A DNA stretch of 59,435 nt, filler included, from 6 parts of 6 records of this genome joined end to end with filler, not necessarily neighbours in it, one strand, 5' to 3'. Shown: positions 30,761 to 42,153, counted from the whole stretch's first letter. Notes: generated from the letters alone by a model not told the origin. Numbers and translations are program-made.

Positions 30761-31447
30761 TTATGTCATTAATCTGTAGCCACCCGATTCGGTGACCAGC
30801 AGACGGGCGTTTGAGGGATCTGGCTCGATCTTTTGACGCAGTCGATAAATGTGGGTTTCAAGGGTGTGGGTCGTAACACCGGCGTTGTAGCCCCAAACCT
30901 CGTGCAGCAATACGTCGCGCGGCACCACGCCATCGGTTGATCGATACAGAAACTTCAGGATGTTGGTTTCTTTCTCGGTCAGCCGCACCTTTTTGTCGTC
31001 TTCGGTGATCAGCATCTTCATTGATGGTTTGAAAGTATAGGGCCCCAGCTGGAAAATCGCATCTTCGGATTGTTCGTGCTGGCGCAGTTGTGCGCGGATG
31101 CGGGCCAGCAGAACCGGGAATTTGAACGGCTTGGAGACGTAATCATTTGCGCCGGCATCAAGACCAAGGATGGTGTCAGCATCGCCATCATGCCCGGTCA
31201 GCATCATGATCGGGCTTTTCACACCTTGCTTGCGCATCAAACGGCATAATTCGCGCCCGTCTGTATCGGGCAGCCCCACATCAAGGATCACAAGATCATA
31301 CAGGGCTTCCTTGGCGCGGGCCATGGCATCGGCACCGTTGCCAGCTTCGAATACATCAAAGTCCTCGGTCATGACCAGCTGCTCGCTCAACGCTTCACGC
31401 AAGTCTTCGTCATCATCCACCAGCAGAATCTTCTTGAGCTGTGCCAT
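30761..31447 (-). CDS. cenR: OmpR-family response regulator, probable CenR ortholog
   Basis: ILLVDDD, LDVGLPD, GANDYVSKPF, LTEKET.ILKFL, VWGYN..VTTHTLETHIYRLRQKIE; orphan regulator between xth and ribA; AAGGAG RBS. Confidence 0.8.
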   Translation of the reverse strand: MAQLKKILLVDDDEDLREALSEQLVMTEDFDVFEAGNGADAMARAKEALYDLVILDVGLPDTDGRELCRLMRKQGVKSPIMMLTGHDGDADTILGLDAGANDYVSKPFKFPVLLARIRAQLRQHEQSEDAIFQLGPYTFKPSMKMLITEDDKKVRLTEKETNILKFLYRSTDGVVPRDVLLHEVWGYNAGVTTHTLETHIYRLRQKIEPDPSNARLLVTESGGYRLMT

Positions 31448-31474
31448 AGTCGGGCTCCTTATCCGTTGTCTTAC

Positions 31475-31503
31475 AGATGTAGTTCCACAGCCCCTAGGAC
31501 AAG
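31475..31503 (-). promoter_or_regulatory. Putative RpoH (sigma32-type) promoter of the cenR-like gene
   Basis: Minus strand CTTG-N17-CTACATCT, resembling alphaproteobacterial RpoH promoters, ending 27 nt before the ATG. Confidence 0.55.
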
Positions 31504-31614
31504 GTTTCACCACCCTGTTTCACAGGCGCGTGTGCAAAACCGGTTGAAATGTTTCATTTCCGGCTTCACTGACATAGATATCCCTCAATCCATTCGCAAA
31601 GTTGTAACACCTTC

Positions 31615-32703
31615 ATGAGTCTCGCCCCCGATATCACCGAACAACTTGCCCGCGCCCGCGCTGATCTTCGCATGGGTGTGCCGGTGGTGGTGACCGGCGT
31701 TGCACCGGCGCTTGTGATTGCCGCCGAAACCCTGTCACCGCAACGTCTGGCGGATATCCTTGCGCTCGACGGGGACCCGGTGCTGGCCATCACGGCCCGT
31801 CGTGCCGAGAAGCTAAAGGCGCGGGTCTATGACGGTGATCTGGCGCGAATCGCCCTGCCAAAGAACGCCACGCTGGACTGGGTACAAAGCATCGCGGACC
31901 CGGCTGACGATCTGCGCACCCCCATGAAAGGCCCGTTTGCCTGCCTACGTTCCGGGGATGCCGCGTTACATCGCACGGCTTTGCTTTTGGCCAAAACGGC
32001 GCGGTTGTTGCCTGCGGTTGTGGTGCTGGAAATGCCCGACGCCGTCGAATTCGGCAGGGCACATGCCCTGACCCAGATTGATCTGGCGCGGACATCCGCC
32101 GAACTGTCGATCCGCAGCCCGCTGCACCCCGTGGTTCAGGCCCGCCTGCCTGTGGAAGTTTCGGAAGCCGGCAAGCTGCATATTTTCCGACCCGAAAACG
32201 GCGGTGAAGAACATTACGCGATGGAGATTGGTCGCCCTGACCGCAGCAAGCCGGTATTGGCGCGGTTGCATTCCGCCTGTTTTACCGGTGACGTGATGGG
32301 CAGTCTGAAATGTGATTGCGGCCCGCAGTTGCGCAGCGCCTTGTTGCAGATGGGCGCCGAGGGACAGGGTGTCCTGTTGTATCTCAGTCAGGAAGGGCGC
32401 GGGATCGGGTTGGCCAATAAGATGCGGGCCTACTCCTTGCAGGATCAGGGGTTTGATACGGTGGAGGCCAATCACCGGCTGGGTTTTGAGGATGACGAAC
32501 GTGATTTCCGTCTCGGCTCTGACATCTTGAAATCGATGGGGTTTTCCACGGTGCGCCTGCTGACAAATAATCCGCGCAAGGTCGAAATGATGCAGGCCAG
32601 CGGAATCAAGGTTGCCGAACGTGTACCGCTGCGGGTGGGCGAGAATGTTCATAATGCCGGTTATCTGGCGATCAAGGCGGCCAAATCCGGGCATCTTTTG
32701 TGA
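31615..32703 (+). CDS. ribA: GTP cyclohydrolase II with N-terminal RibB-like extension
   Basis: RLHSACFTGD..GSLKCDCGPQL, QEGRGIGLANK..AY.LQD.G.DT.EAN, LLTNNP.K, YL..K..KSGH. Confidence 0.93.
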   Translation: MSLAPDITEQLARARADLRMGVPVVVTGVAPALVIAAETLSPQRLADILALDGDPVLAITARRAEKLKARVYDGDLARIALPKNATLDWVQSIADPADDLRTPMKGPFACLRSGDAALHRTALLLAKTARLLPAVVVLEMPDAVEFGRAHALTQIDLARTSAELSIRSPLHPVVQARLPVEVSEAGKLHIFRPENGGEEHYAMEIGRPDRSKPVLARLHSACFTGDVMGSLKCDCGPQLRSALLQMGAEGQGVLLYLSQEGRGIGLANKMRAYSLQDQGFDTVEANHRLGFEDDERDFRLGSDILKSMGFSTVRLLTNNPRKVEMMQASGIKVAERVPLRVGENVHNAGYLAIKAAKSGHLL

Positions 32704-33206
32704 CGCGCATGGCGGGCGCGCTAGACATGGTATTGACCCCGAAAGGCTTGCGCTTTGGCGGGCGGATGTACCCCTGCACCATCGGCAAAGCCGGGATCAC
32801 AAGCCACAAACGCGAAGGGGACGGGGCCACGCCACGCGGTGCTCACCGGATCGTGGGCATGTTGTTTCGCCCGGACCGGATCGTGCAACCGACAGATTGG
32901 GCGGTTCCAATTGGTCCGGGTGATCTGTGGTCGGATGATCCCAAAGACCACGCCTATAACACGCTGGTTCAGGCCCCCTATCCGCACAGCCACGAGGTAT
33001 TGCGCCGCGCGGACCCGCTTTATGATCTCGTGTTGTTGACCGATTGGAACTGGCCGGATGCAGTGGCAGGGCGTGGATCGGCGATTTTCATTCACCAATG
33101 GCGCCGCCCGGGCTATCCCACCGAAGGCTGCATCGCCCTGCGCCGCGTGGATCTACATGCTATCGCGTGTAGAATCACCCAGCACACAAGGTTGATCGTT
33201 CCGTAG
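32700..33206 (+). CDS. L,D-transpeptidase (YkuD-like) family protein
   Basis: KREGDGATP.G, WSDDP....YN, GSAIFIH......PTEGCIAL. Confidence 0.88.
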   Translation: MTRMAGALDMVLTPKGLRFGGRMYPCTIGKAGITSHKREGDGATPRGAHRIVGMLFRPDRIVQPTDWAVPIGPGDLWSDDPKDHAYNTLVQAPYPHSHEVLRRADPLYDLVLLTDWNWPDAVAGRGSAIFIHQWRRPGYPTEGCIALRRVDLHAIACRITQHTRLIVP

Positions 33207-33236
33207 GGCGGGCTTCACACCGCTGTCCGCCCCATT

Positions 33237-33890
33237 TCATCCGGTGACACGTTCACCAAAGATCGCCGACCCGACCCGTACATGGGTCGCACCCAGGGCA
33301 ATTGCCCGTTCAAAATCGCTGCTCATGCCCATCGACAGCCCGGACAACCCGTTGCGGGCGGCGATCTTGGCCAGCAGGGCAAAATGCAAGCTTGGCTCTT
33401 CGCTCACCGGCGGGATACACATCAGCCCTTTGACAGGCAAATCCAGCGCCACACATTCCTTGATAAAGGCATCTGCATCCGCTGGCATAATTCCCGCCTT
33501 TTGCTCTTCTTCGCCGGTATTCACCTGCACAAAAAGGTCCGGGCATTGCCCCTCTTCCTGTGCAAGGCGGGCAAGGGTGTTGGCGAGTTTCGGACGGTCC
33601 AGAGAATGGATGGCATCAAACAGACCGATGGCCTGCCGTGCCTTGTTGGTTTGCAAGGGTCCGATCAAATGCAGATCCACCGCGCCAAAACTGTCACGGA
33701 AGGCCGGCCATTTGCCTGCAGCTTCCTGCACTTTGTTTTCGCCAAAACAACGGTGACCCTCGGTCAGAACCGCCTCTACCCGCGCGTTTGGCTGCACCTT
33801 GCTGACCGCAATCAGAGTGACAGAACCGGCAGCGCGGCCCGCATCTGATTCGGCTTTTGCAATGGCGGTCTGAATGTCGTGCAGGCTCAT
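33237..33890 (-). CDS. yggS: PLP homeostasis protein, YggS/PLPBP family
   Basis: LIAVSKVQP, FGENKVQEA..K, HLIGPLQTNK, GLMCIPP, LSMGMS.DF..AI..GAT.VRVGSAIFG. Confidence 0.94.
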   Translation of the reverse strand: MSLHDIQTAIAKAESDAGRAAGSVTLIAVSKVQPNARVEAVLTEGHRCFGENKVQEAAGKWPAFRDSFGAVDLHLIGPLQTNKARQAIGLFDAIHSLDRPKLANTLARLAQEEGQCPDLFVQVNTGEEEQKAGIMPADADAFIKECVALDLPVKGLMCIPPVSEEPSLHFALLAKIAARNGLSGLSMGMSSDFERAIALGATHVRVGSAIFGERVTG

Positions 33891-33937
33891 GCGTGGTATC
33901 CTCGGTTGTTGGGTTCGGGATAACATCGGCATGGCGC

Positions 33938-33969
33938 AAAAGAAAAGGGGCAGGCCAAAGGCCCACCCC
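33938..33969 (-). terminator. Rho-independent terminator after porin gene
   Basis: Minus strand GGGGTGGGCC-ttt-GGCCTGCCCC-TTTTCTTTT. Confidence 0.82.
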
Positions 33970-33992
33970 AAATCGTTTGGTTGTTGTTCAAC

Positions 33993-34883
33993 TTAGAAGT
34001 TGAAGCGAACACCCAGATCGGCGCGTGTGTCGCCGTTCAAACGCTTCGCAACACCACCGCGCAGGGATGTACCGCCGCCCAGGTCGTGGTTGAAGTCAAC
34101 ACCGTAGCCTGTGTCGGAACCAGCGTCCGCGTCAGCAACGTAAACTTCAACGTTTGTTGCTGCGCCTACGTCAAAACGACCGGCCAGAACGATGTGATCG
34201 CCTGCTGTGCCGTTGTCTGCGTATGCCAGTGTAACGTTTGCTGGGCCGATGTTGCCGCCAACAGTTGCTGCGAACTCAGTGTCCGCTGCGTTGTCGGAGT
34301 CCTGTGCGGCCAAAGCAACTGTCCAACCGGAGAACGTGTACGCAACGTGTGCTGCGATACGGTCGGATGTGTCAGAAGCAGAAACGTGTACGGACAGGTC
34401 GCCTGCGGAGTACATTACTTCAACACCGTTGGAACCAGCTGCGCCGCTACCACCGGAAGAATACGCATCTGCGCCGCCTGTGCTGAAAGCTGTGTAGTCA
34501 TAGCCCAAACCGGTCAGACCCAGGTCGATTGGGTACATGCCAGGCATGAATTCCAGAGCGCCGAAGATGTTACCAACACCGACTTCAAGACCACCGGAAC
34601 GTGCGAAGAAACGAACGCCGTTGATGCCTGTACCGGCAGGGGAGCCAGCGTTGTCTGTGTTGTTCTGCTGGATGCGAGCACGTGCACCGAATGTGACGCC
34701 TGCGTCAGATTCTGCTGTTGCGTCGATCTGCAGGCGGAAACGTGAAGTCACGTCTGTGGAGTCGCCAGCGGCTGTGTCGTTATAGATGATACCAAAGCGA
34801 CCGTAGCCGCCGAAAGTAACGTCTGCTGCTGCAACGCCGGCGGTCGCAACCAGAGCTGTTGTAGCGAAGAGAACTTTTTTCAT
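33993..34883 (-). CDS. Outer-membrane porin (Rhodobacter-type)
   Basis: Signal peptide MKKVLFATTALVATAGVAAA, alternating beta strands, C-terminal ADLGVRFNF. Confidence 0.93.
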   Translation of the reverse strand: MKKVLFATTALVATAGVAAADVTFGGYGRFGIIYNDTAAGDSTDVTSRFRLQIDATAESDAGVTFGARARIQQNNTDNAGSPAGTGINGVRFFARSGGLEVGVGNIFGALEFMPGMYPIDLGLTGLGYDYTAFSTGGADAYSSGGSGAAGSNGVEVMYSAGDLSVHVSASDTSDRIAAHVAYTFSGWTVALAAQDSDNAADTEFAATVGGNIGPANVTLAYADNGTAGDHIVLAGRFDVGAATNVEVYVADADAGSDTGYGVDFNHDLGGGTSLRGGVAKRLNGDTRADLGVRFNF

Positions 34884-35171
34884 GAGTTTACCCTCGGTTT
34901 ATAATTCACATGCCCAAGCCGGGGAATCCGGAAAGGGTATGAAGGGTGTTTGCCCCCGATGCCCCTTCATTGGCAAGAAGCCAGAAACGCTTCGAGGCAT
35001 TGCCCTGCCCAATGGTGCAGCTTTGCCACAGTTTTGACATCGGCCCGGCACATCGGATCCCCGGATCGGCCCCGGACAGGGGTTTTCCTTGGGAATCGTC
35101 CCTCTACATATGCCTTGCTCAGGCGGCAGAGCTTGGGTAGACCATTGCAAAACAGGCAAAGGATCGCAGGC

Positions 35172-35672
35172 ATGGCCCGTATAACCATATGCAAAATCGC
35201 CCTTATTACTGCCCTGGTGGCGGCACTTGGCGGCTGTGGTGCGCTGCGCAGCCTCGGCGGCGGTGCAGATGAGCCTTCTGCCAGTGTGAACAATCCGAAC
35301 ATCCCGAGCAATATTGAGACCAACACAGACAATACCATCTGGTCGATCTTCAATCGCAAGACCAGTGACAACACCATCGCGGTAAACAAATATCTCTGGT
35401 CCGCGTCGCTGGAAGTACTGTCGTTCCTGCCGGTGCAATCAGTTGATCCTTTTACCGGTGTGATCGTCACCGGTTATGGCACACCGCCCGGTGGTGGCAG
35501 GGCTTACCGCGCAACTGTGCTGGTTGATGATCCCGCACTGGATGCACGTTCGTTGAATGTTGCGCTGCAAACCCGTGGCGGCCGCGCCGTCAGCAAGGCG
35601 ACCGCCCGTGCTGTCGAAGATGCAATCTTAAGCCGCGCACGCGAGCTGCGCATCGCGGATAACAAATTCTGA
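35172..35672 (+). CDS. DUF3576-like lipoprotein
   Basis: Lipobox LGGC; VNKYLWSASLEVL.FLP..SVDPFTGVIVT, EDAIL.RAR.LR; upstream of leuS as usual in alphaproteobacteria. Confidence 0.85.
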   Translation: MARITICKIALITALVAALGGCGALRSLGGGADEPSASVNNPNIPSNIETNTDNTIWSIFNRKTSDNTIAVNKYLWSASLEVLSFLPVQSVDPFTGVIVTGYGTPPGGGRAYRATVLVDDPALDARSLNVALQTRGGRAVSKATARAVEDAILSRARELRIADNKF

Positions 35673-35696
35673 GCCCATACTCATTCACGCTATTTC

Positions 35697-35731
35697 ACGC
35701 CGGGCCCTGTCGATAAACAGCCCGGCGTTTT
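35697..35731 (+). terminator. Putative terminator hairpin after DUF3576 gene
   Basis: ACGCCGGGC-loop-GCCCGGCGT followed by TTT. Confidence 0.55.
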
Positions 35732-35774
35732 CCATTCTAAAGGGCCGCAAGCCCCATTCGTAAAGGTCCAAACG

Positions 35775-35906
35775 ATGTCCCGATACACCCCTGCCGAGAT
35801 TGAAGCCCGCTGGCAGCAAGCCTGGGAAAAAGACGAAATCTTCAAGGCGGTTCGCTCTGCTGACAAGCCAAAGTATTACGTGCTTGAGATGTTCCCCTAC
35901 CCATCT
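35775..35906 (+). CDS. leuS: Leucine--tRNA ligase, 5' fragment (contig end)
   Basis: [44 protein letters not shown]. Confidence 0.93.
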
Positions 35907-36006
35907 NNNNNNNNNNNNNNNNNNNNNNNNNNNNNNNNNNNNNNNNNNNNTTAATTAATTAANNNNNNNNNNNNNNNNNNNNNNNNNNNNNNNNNNNNNN
36001 NNNNNN
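35907..36006. other. Artificial contig linker
   Basis: N44-TTAATTAATTAA-N44. Confidence 0.99.
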
Positions 36007-36588
36007 CACCAAGCACAGAGCGCACACTCGACCGGGGAAGGACGGTATTACGTAGATACAAAACTATACACAAACTATCCACCAAAACTAACCCTACATA
36101 TAAGAAGGAGAGAAGTACAACAGATACTCCAACCCTCGATATCAACCTTTCTAATGTCAAGAAAATGGTCTTACGACAGCTGCATGCTGCGGCCTCGGCG
36201 TGCGCACGCGCCTCATTCGCTTGCGAGACTCGTCCATCTTGGGCTGAGACGCCGCGGCGAGCGCTTTCCAGGCTCCTCGAGCACGCGAGATCAGAGACTC
36301 TTCGCGATGACGGACATGTGCGTGCGCTAATCGGCTCGCGCGCTTGCCAATACTCGCATGAGATCAACTTTGTTTGTTAAGGCTGTGTGCTGCTTGCTCT
36401 CGCATATTTGATACTCTTCCTTGCGGGTGCGGTGCTTGGCGAGCGCTGCGTTTGCTTTTGGCGTAGTGTTGCCGGCGGTTCGCGGGCAGAGGTTGCGGGT
36501 TCCGCGCACGCGCGGCGGCGGGTGGTGGTCGTGACTGCGGACGCTCGGCTGCCGCACATAGGCGCTGTCCGCCGCTGCAGTCGCTCGC

Positions 36589-38029
36589 ATGGCGTCGCCT
36601 CCAGTGGGCGAGAGGAAAAAGAGGTGTATGGCCCTATGCAGTGCATGTATTGGATAGCTACGTTGCCGCTGCGGGGTTTGGGATACGTGTCCATGATTTT
36701 GTGGAGTTTGCCCTGGAAGCGCGGGCCCCCTGCGGCGACGGTAACCCGCCGCGCCTCGGCAGCAGCGTACGTGCGCCGTTTCCCGGTATGCAGCACCGTA
36801 CCTTTATCAACGTTTGTATTATTCATGCTTTTTGTATCGAAATGGCCATTTGTTTCTTTTGTCGTGCTCCCGTGCAGGTTCAAGGAAGCGGCCTATCGGT
36901 TGCGGCGCGTCCCACACATGGAGCAGCGCCTTGCGACCAAGGCCAAGCCTGTCACAGACGAGACCATCGCCGACTTCCGCAAGGAATTCCCTGCCGAGGC
37001 CGACCAGCTCGCTCGCCTCCGCGACGCCGCACAGGTGCGTGCTGTGATCCTTGCAGAGTGGATGCATCACTCTGACATTCGAGCGCGATCGAAATGTGTC
37101 TCTGTGCCACGATCCGTGTGTGCGGAGCCGCGCTGGTCGGCTGCTTGGTGACTCGCGCTCGCGCGTGGGGAACGACCTGCTTTGCGGTGCTTTCCCTCCA
37201 CAGCCCGGCGCGCGCACTCGCTCGCCATCCTTGTTGCACACACTGCCACCGCGTGCACGCGTACAATCGGTTTTCTGTGTATAGAAATTCCCGCGTATGT
37301 CTACCTTCCGTGTAAACTGCGAGATGGGCACTAGAGCGAGCAAGCAAGCGCGGACGGAGCGTGCAGCACGGTGTGGGTGTTTTGCTTCTTGGGTCTCGCG
37401 CGCCTCTCTCCACGGCAGTCAGGACCCGGACGTGGCGCCTTCGGCGCGCTGCGGGATGTATGCACCGAAAATGCGTACCGTACACAACAGAGAATACAAG
37501 GGCATGTGCGTGCGAACATGTATGCACTGCTGGGCGCGTTGTTGTGTGATGGTGCTCAGAGGCGCGGCTGTGTGCGCTCGTGGATTCGGTGTTGTGCGCT
37601 CGGTGCGGTTGCGGCGTGCAGAGGAGCTCGATCGCGGGCGCGGCTGGCGCGGGAATGGCAGCGCTGTACACGCTCAAGCGAGGGGTACGCTGCGCACGCG
37701 CACATATGTACATCAGCGCGTGCATCGTTGTACGCAAAGCTCGGCACTGCGTGCGCCAAGGGAATCGCGCGAAGACAATGTGCCGCGCGGCTGCTCCGCT
37801 TTCGATGGGGATGCGAGCAGGGTAGGGCAGGGCGACGTGCGTACCTCGCGCGCGCTCGTCTGTCCAGAGCGTTTGCCAATCCCAACTGCAATTCATCAGC
37901 TGTTCTGCTTCGGTCTCACCATGCGTATTGATCGTATTGCTACTGCAGGGAGGACTGATTCCCGGCGCGATCATGATGGCTGCCATGGGCGGCATCGCAT
38001 CGCTGCTCACGGCGGACGCCGTTCAGCAG
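36589..38029 (+). CDS. Eukaryotic multi-exon small two-TM protein (possibly SDH6-like); 3' end unresolved
   Basis: Exons 36589-36623, 36878-37034, 37622-37684 and 37949-38029 have phase-compatible GT-AG ends and give MASPPVGERKKRFKEAAY...FPAEADQLARLRDAAQRSSIAGAAGAGMAALYTLKRGGGLIPGAIMMAAMGGIASLLTADAVQQ. Confidence 0.6.
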
Positions 38030-39963
38030 GTGCGACAGCGATCATGATGATCAGAGAACGGACCCTTTTGCTGTAGTCGGATTCCGACGTCTGAACGCAT
38101 AGCTACCATCCGTTCGATTTTATGCTCTCCGTATTAACTTTCTTGCGATGTTGCGCGTTGTTGCTCTCATGATTTTTGCGCGCAGCACACGCACAACTTG
38201 ATCGAGATCAACGACGACCATGTTGTGGATGCGTACCTGCACTGGGCCAAGGTTGAAGATCAGTAATGCGGTTTCTCTCTCGGGCTTGTTGCTGTTGTTG
38301 TGGCGTGAGAAAGAGAACGCTGTGAATGGAGTCAATGAAACACGAAAAGAAAGAACCAAGGAAAGAAACAGTTGTGATGCATCATGATCGCTTCGCCTCA
38401 GCCGCAGCGAGCCCCAGAGCGCGCCGCTGATGTGCGTGCGTGCTGCACTCGCATTCCCTCACTCACGGTCCCGTGCACTAGCTCCTCCGCTGCCCGTTTC
38501 ACGAAGCTGTGAGTCGCGCTCTGGCGCCTTTCAGGCCCCAAATGCAACGAGTACGTGCTCCTTTTGTAGCTTATGGCGCCACGAACAGTTGTAGCAATAC
38601 GCACATGTATGTCCGCGGCACCAGCGCCTCGTTTTTTGAACCCAGTCCACAGGCGAGTGTCCTCCAGACTGTGAAAACGGTCGCTATACCAGATCGCACC
38701 GGCGCGCGTTCCTGCTAGCCACGAAGGAAGAACGGGGTCTTCCGCGCCTGGGTCCTTTGATGCGGCACGTTCACGGGTTTCCTCGAAGGACCTCGCAGGG
38801 AGGAATTCCGCACAGTTTCGCTGTAACAGCTTTCCAAACAACGTAAGAATTAGGCGAGGAAAAACAAGAAGCCCGAGGACGGCGTGCATGCTCTGCTCAA
38901 AAGAAAGGCTCGTTCCTGCCTCCAAGTCGTCCGCGAAAAGAGCTCTTGTGCGACTTCCTGCAGCCGCAACTTTGTTATTGAGGCCTCAGTGCCTTTTCGG
39001 AAGAAGTCTTGTACTCTGTGATGGATGCACAGGAAGTTGAAGGCTGCAAGTTCATGTTCCCGTAACTATGTCGAAAAAGATGTAAAAAAAACAATAAATG
39101 ATGTTTTGAAATCTTAACTAGGGTTAGGGATAATTTCACATCAACGAAAATACATTTTCCTTCGTATTTGAGGCATATCTTGACATCTTGTTTTTTCGTT
39201 CGAAACGCCAGTACACCTGAATTTGAACGCGTCGCACACCTTCCCCGACGTATCGGCGGATATGATTGCTGCGACGGTGGATCCGCTGGCGTTGCTGGTC
39301 ACAGCTGTGTTGTGTTGTTGGGCTGGTCCTCTACATTTGTTATGAGCTTTGGTAGCAGGCGCCGAAATGGCAGGAATACGCGGTTTACCCACGATATTTA
39401 TCTCCAATGGATTGAAAGACCTTCCCATTATGGCGGTCTTGACTGGGATTGGTGAAGCATGCAACTCTCATTGGAGCGGTTTTGTTTGCAATTAAATGCA
39501 TGTGGCGCACATGTTTGCATTTCTTTTGCCGTCGTGGAGCACGTGCAGGCGGTTCATCAACATTCTGGCAGATGATCGGGGCGCTCTGGGGCTTTGGAAG
39601 CGGAAAAAGGCTCTCCGTTATGGAGTAACAGGAAGAAAAATGATCGCCCATGCATTTTACCGGGCGCTCTCGCGCGTTCTGATCCCCAAATTGCGCTAGT
39701 ATTTGGGAAGGAGGGACATCTTTCGTTTTGCGCACGCGACGGATACACGCACGATGGCGCGCCGGTATTTTCGTGGGCCACCGCGAGGTGCGCGATGCAG
39801 AACACTGTTCCTGCATTTTGGATCATGTATTTGCAACGAGTAGCAGATGGCGAGCTATCATCTCGTATGCGATACGCCGAGGCACTGCCAAATCATGGCT
39901 GCTAGCGCGAGACACTGCGCAACGAATTCGCGCTGAATATCTCTTCGCAGCTCTGTGTAATGC

Positions 39964-40000
39964 GTGTGTGTGTGTGTGTGTGCGCGCGTATGTGTGTGTG
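39964..40000. repeat. (GT)n microsatellite, interrupted
   Basis: GTGTGTGTGTGTGTGTGTG...TGTGTGTGTG. Confidence 0.9.
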
Positions 40001-40146
40001 GGAGCCCCTCGGCGATGGTTTACGGAAAGAAATAAAGCAGAATGCAAGAAGACGTGGGCCGTTGATCCACTCCGCCGGCAGCTGACCGGAAATGCGCAGA
40101 AGAGAGTAGTGTGAATTCCGCCGGGCCAAGCTCTTTGCAGTACCGT

Positions 40147-42153
40147 TCACTTCGTCAGCTTCTGTTTGTGCTTACTGCCTCCGCGCTTACCCCTTCGCTT
40201 GCACTTTCTGTCCGTATTGCTTTCGGGAGACTGGTCTTCCTCACGAGCAACGCCACGGCTCTGGCGCACGTCGTCAGTTCCTGTCGAGCGTGCGGCTGCC
40301 TCGCCGCTGCTATCCGCGGCTGGAGCAGGAATCGGAGCAGCGATTTCCTGCGCTTGTTGCAGTGCCTGCGATTGACCGCTATCATCGACATGCTCACGCT
40401 CCAAAATTCCCAATCGACGGCGTTCCTTTTGCTTCTGATGCCGCCGTTTCTTCGAGGATACTTCCGGCACGTCGCCAGCGAGTCGCTTCCCCGCGCGCGG
40501 CGCTGCAGCCTTCCTGGATAGCGGGTTCGGCGCCGCCGGGCCACGGCGCTTTTTCGGCGTTGACTGCGACTCCTCGTCCGGATCGACGCCGGTTATCTTT
40601 TGCAAGAAACGCTGTTCCTTTTTACTTGCCGTGCCCTTGGCCAACTCTTGGGCGCGGACGTGCTCCTCGGACGCAGGAGAGGGGCGGTCAAGAACGAGCA
40701 CGCCCTTATTGAGCGAGAGAACAGGAACGCCGGGGCATTGCGTTCGAAGAGTGTGTCGCAGCTCGAGATCCTGCGTCGCAATGATGAATCGCGCGGCATT
40801 CGCGTCCTTGACGGCAGCGCGAAAGGCGTCGCGCGCTGGAGCGTCCTCAGGTACGCCTTCGATTTCCACGTGCTTGATGCGCTTCGCGTTCAGAAAGGCG
40901 CCGCGCATATCGTCTCCAAGGGCGCGCAGCTCGCGCACCACTTGCCTTGGCACCTCGTACTTTGTCTTCCCGCCGAGGAAGTGGGCTAAATCATCCCGCA
41001 CATCGATTTTATACTTGAGTGCAGCCTGGAGGAATGTACCATCCACTGGCAAGAAGGAGCAAGGGAGGAGGGGGCCACGGAATAGGCAGCAGGAAGAGCA
41101 GGGCAATCAGGCGCACGGTTTGGACAAGGGCACAACAGCGAGCAGAGCGAGTCTCACAGCAGCTGCGCGGCGGGTTGCAAGGCGGTGTGCACACGCCGCG
41201 CAAGGCACCGAGCTCTACCTTTACCTCTCTTCCTACCCTCAGAGAAGATTGGCTTGTCTACCTGCAGCGGCGCGTATATGGAGAAACAAGCCATGTGCTA
41301 AGGAAAGTAAAGAAGCCCGTCTACTACACCAACGCAGCATATGGGCAGTTACTCGCCGCCGGAACACAGCCGCGAAGACGCTTCACGTGCCAAGAGTGCT
41401 GGCGTATGTCGCGCCGCACTGGCGCACCGCCAGCGTGTCCACGCAATGTAGCAAGAGAAAAACGAGCCATATTTCTTCAGCGTAAAAGAGAGCAATTTTT
41501 GTGATCCACTCGCAAAGGAGTAGACTCTCCTATGAAATGCACGATGCGTGTACCCCGTTCACGGCACGCGTACGCCGACTGCGGCGGACGGCAGGCGCTC
41601 GCTGTGGGCTGCACTGGCGGGACAGCGTCGGGAAGGACGTGTGGCGCGCGACTAGGCGCTTCTTCGCAAAGGGCACGAACAGGAGAGGGTCTCGTAATGA
41701 AGAATAGTGTGATGTATACGGCAAAGTACCGAGTATGCACAAGAGGAGCAAAAGGCGTTTTTCGCGACCTATGCGAGATCACTTTCCGCAGTGCAGCAAG
41801 CTGCCGCGTGGACACCGTTCCGAGCTCTGCGTGCTTGCACTGCAAGGCGCGTGTTGTGCGCGCGGCGGAAACGTGTGCTGTATGGCAAGGCAATGCTGCG
41901 AACCGCTGCACTATGAGAGAGCGCCTGATATTCACTCTCTGGAAGCGCTACGCTGCCAAAGAGTGAACGTGCACCTGGGCAGGCGCGGTAGTGGAGGCAC
42001 CGCGTGGGCGTGCCTGACAACACGTGTGCTGCAGCGCTGACGCGCGAACACCGCAGAAAACGTACGCAGGATGTGGTACGTCTCGCGAATTCCAAAGTGC
42101 AAAAAGTAGTACTGCAGAGTTTTGCGCAATCTTTTCCTCTTCGTGAAGCGCAT
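40147..42153 (-). CDS. UTP23: rRNA-processing protein UTP23 (PIN/Fcf1 family); exons 42066-42153 and 40147-41045
   Basis: Phase-1 GT-AG intron 41046-42065 gives MRFTKRKRLRKTLQYYFLHFGIRETYHILLDGTFLQAAL; V.RELR.LG, FIIATQD.ELR..LR..PGVP, GP..PNPLS and basic tail. Confidence 0.88.
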
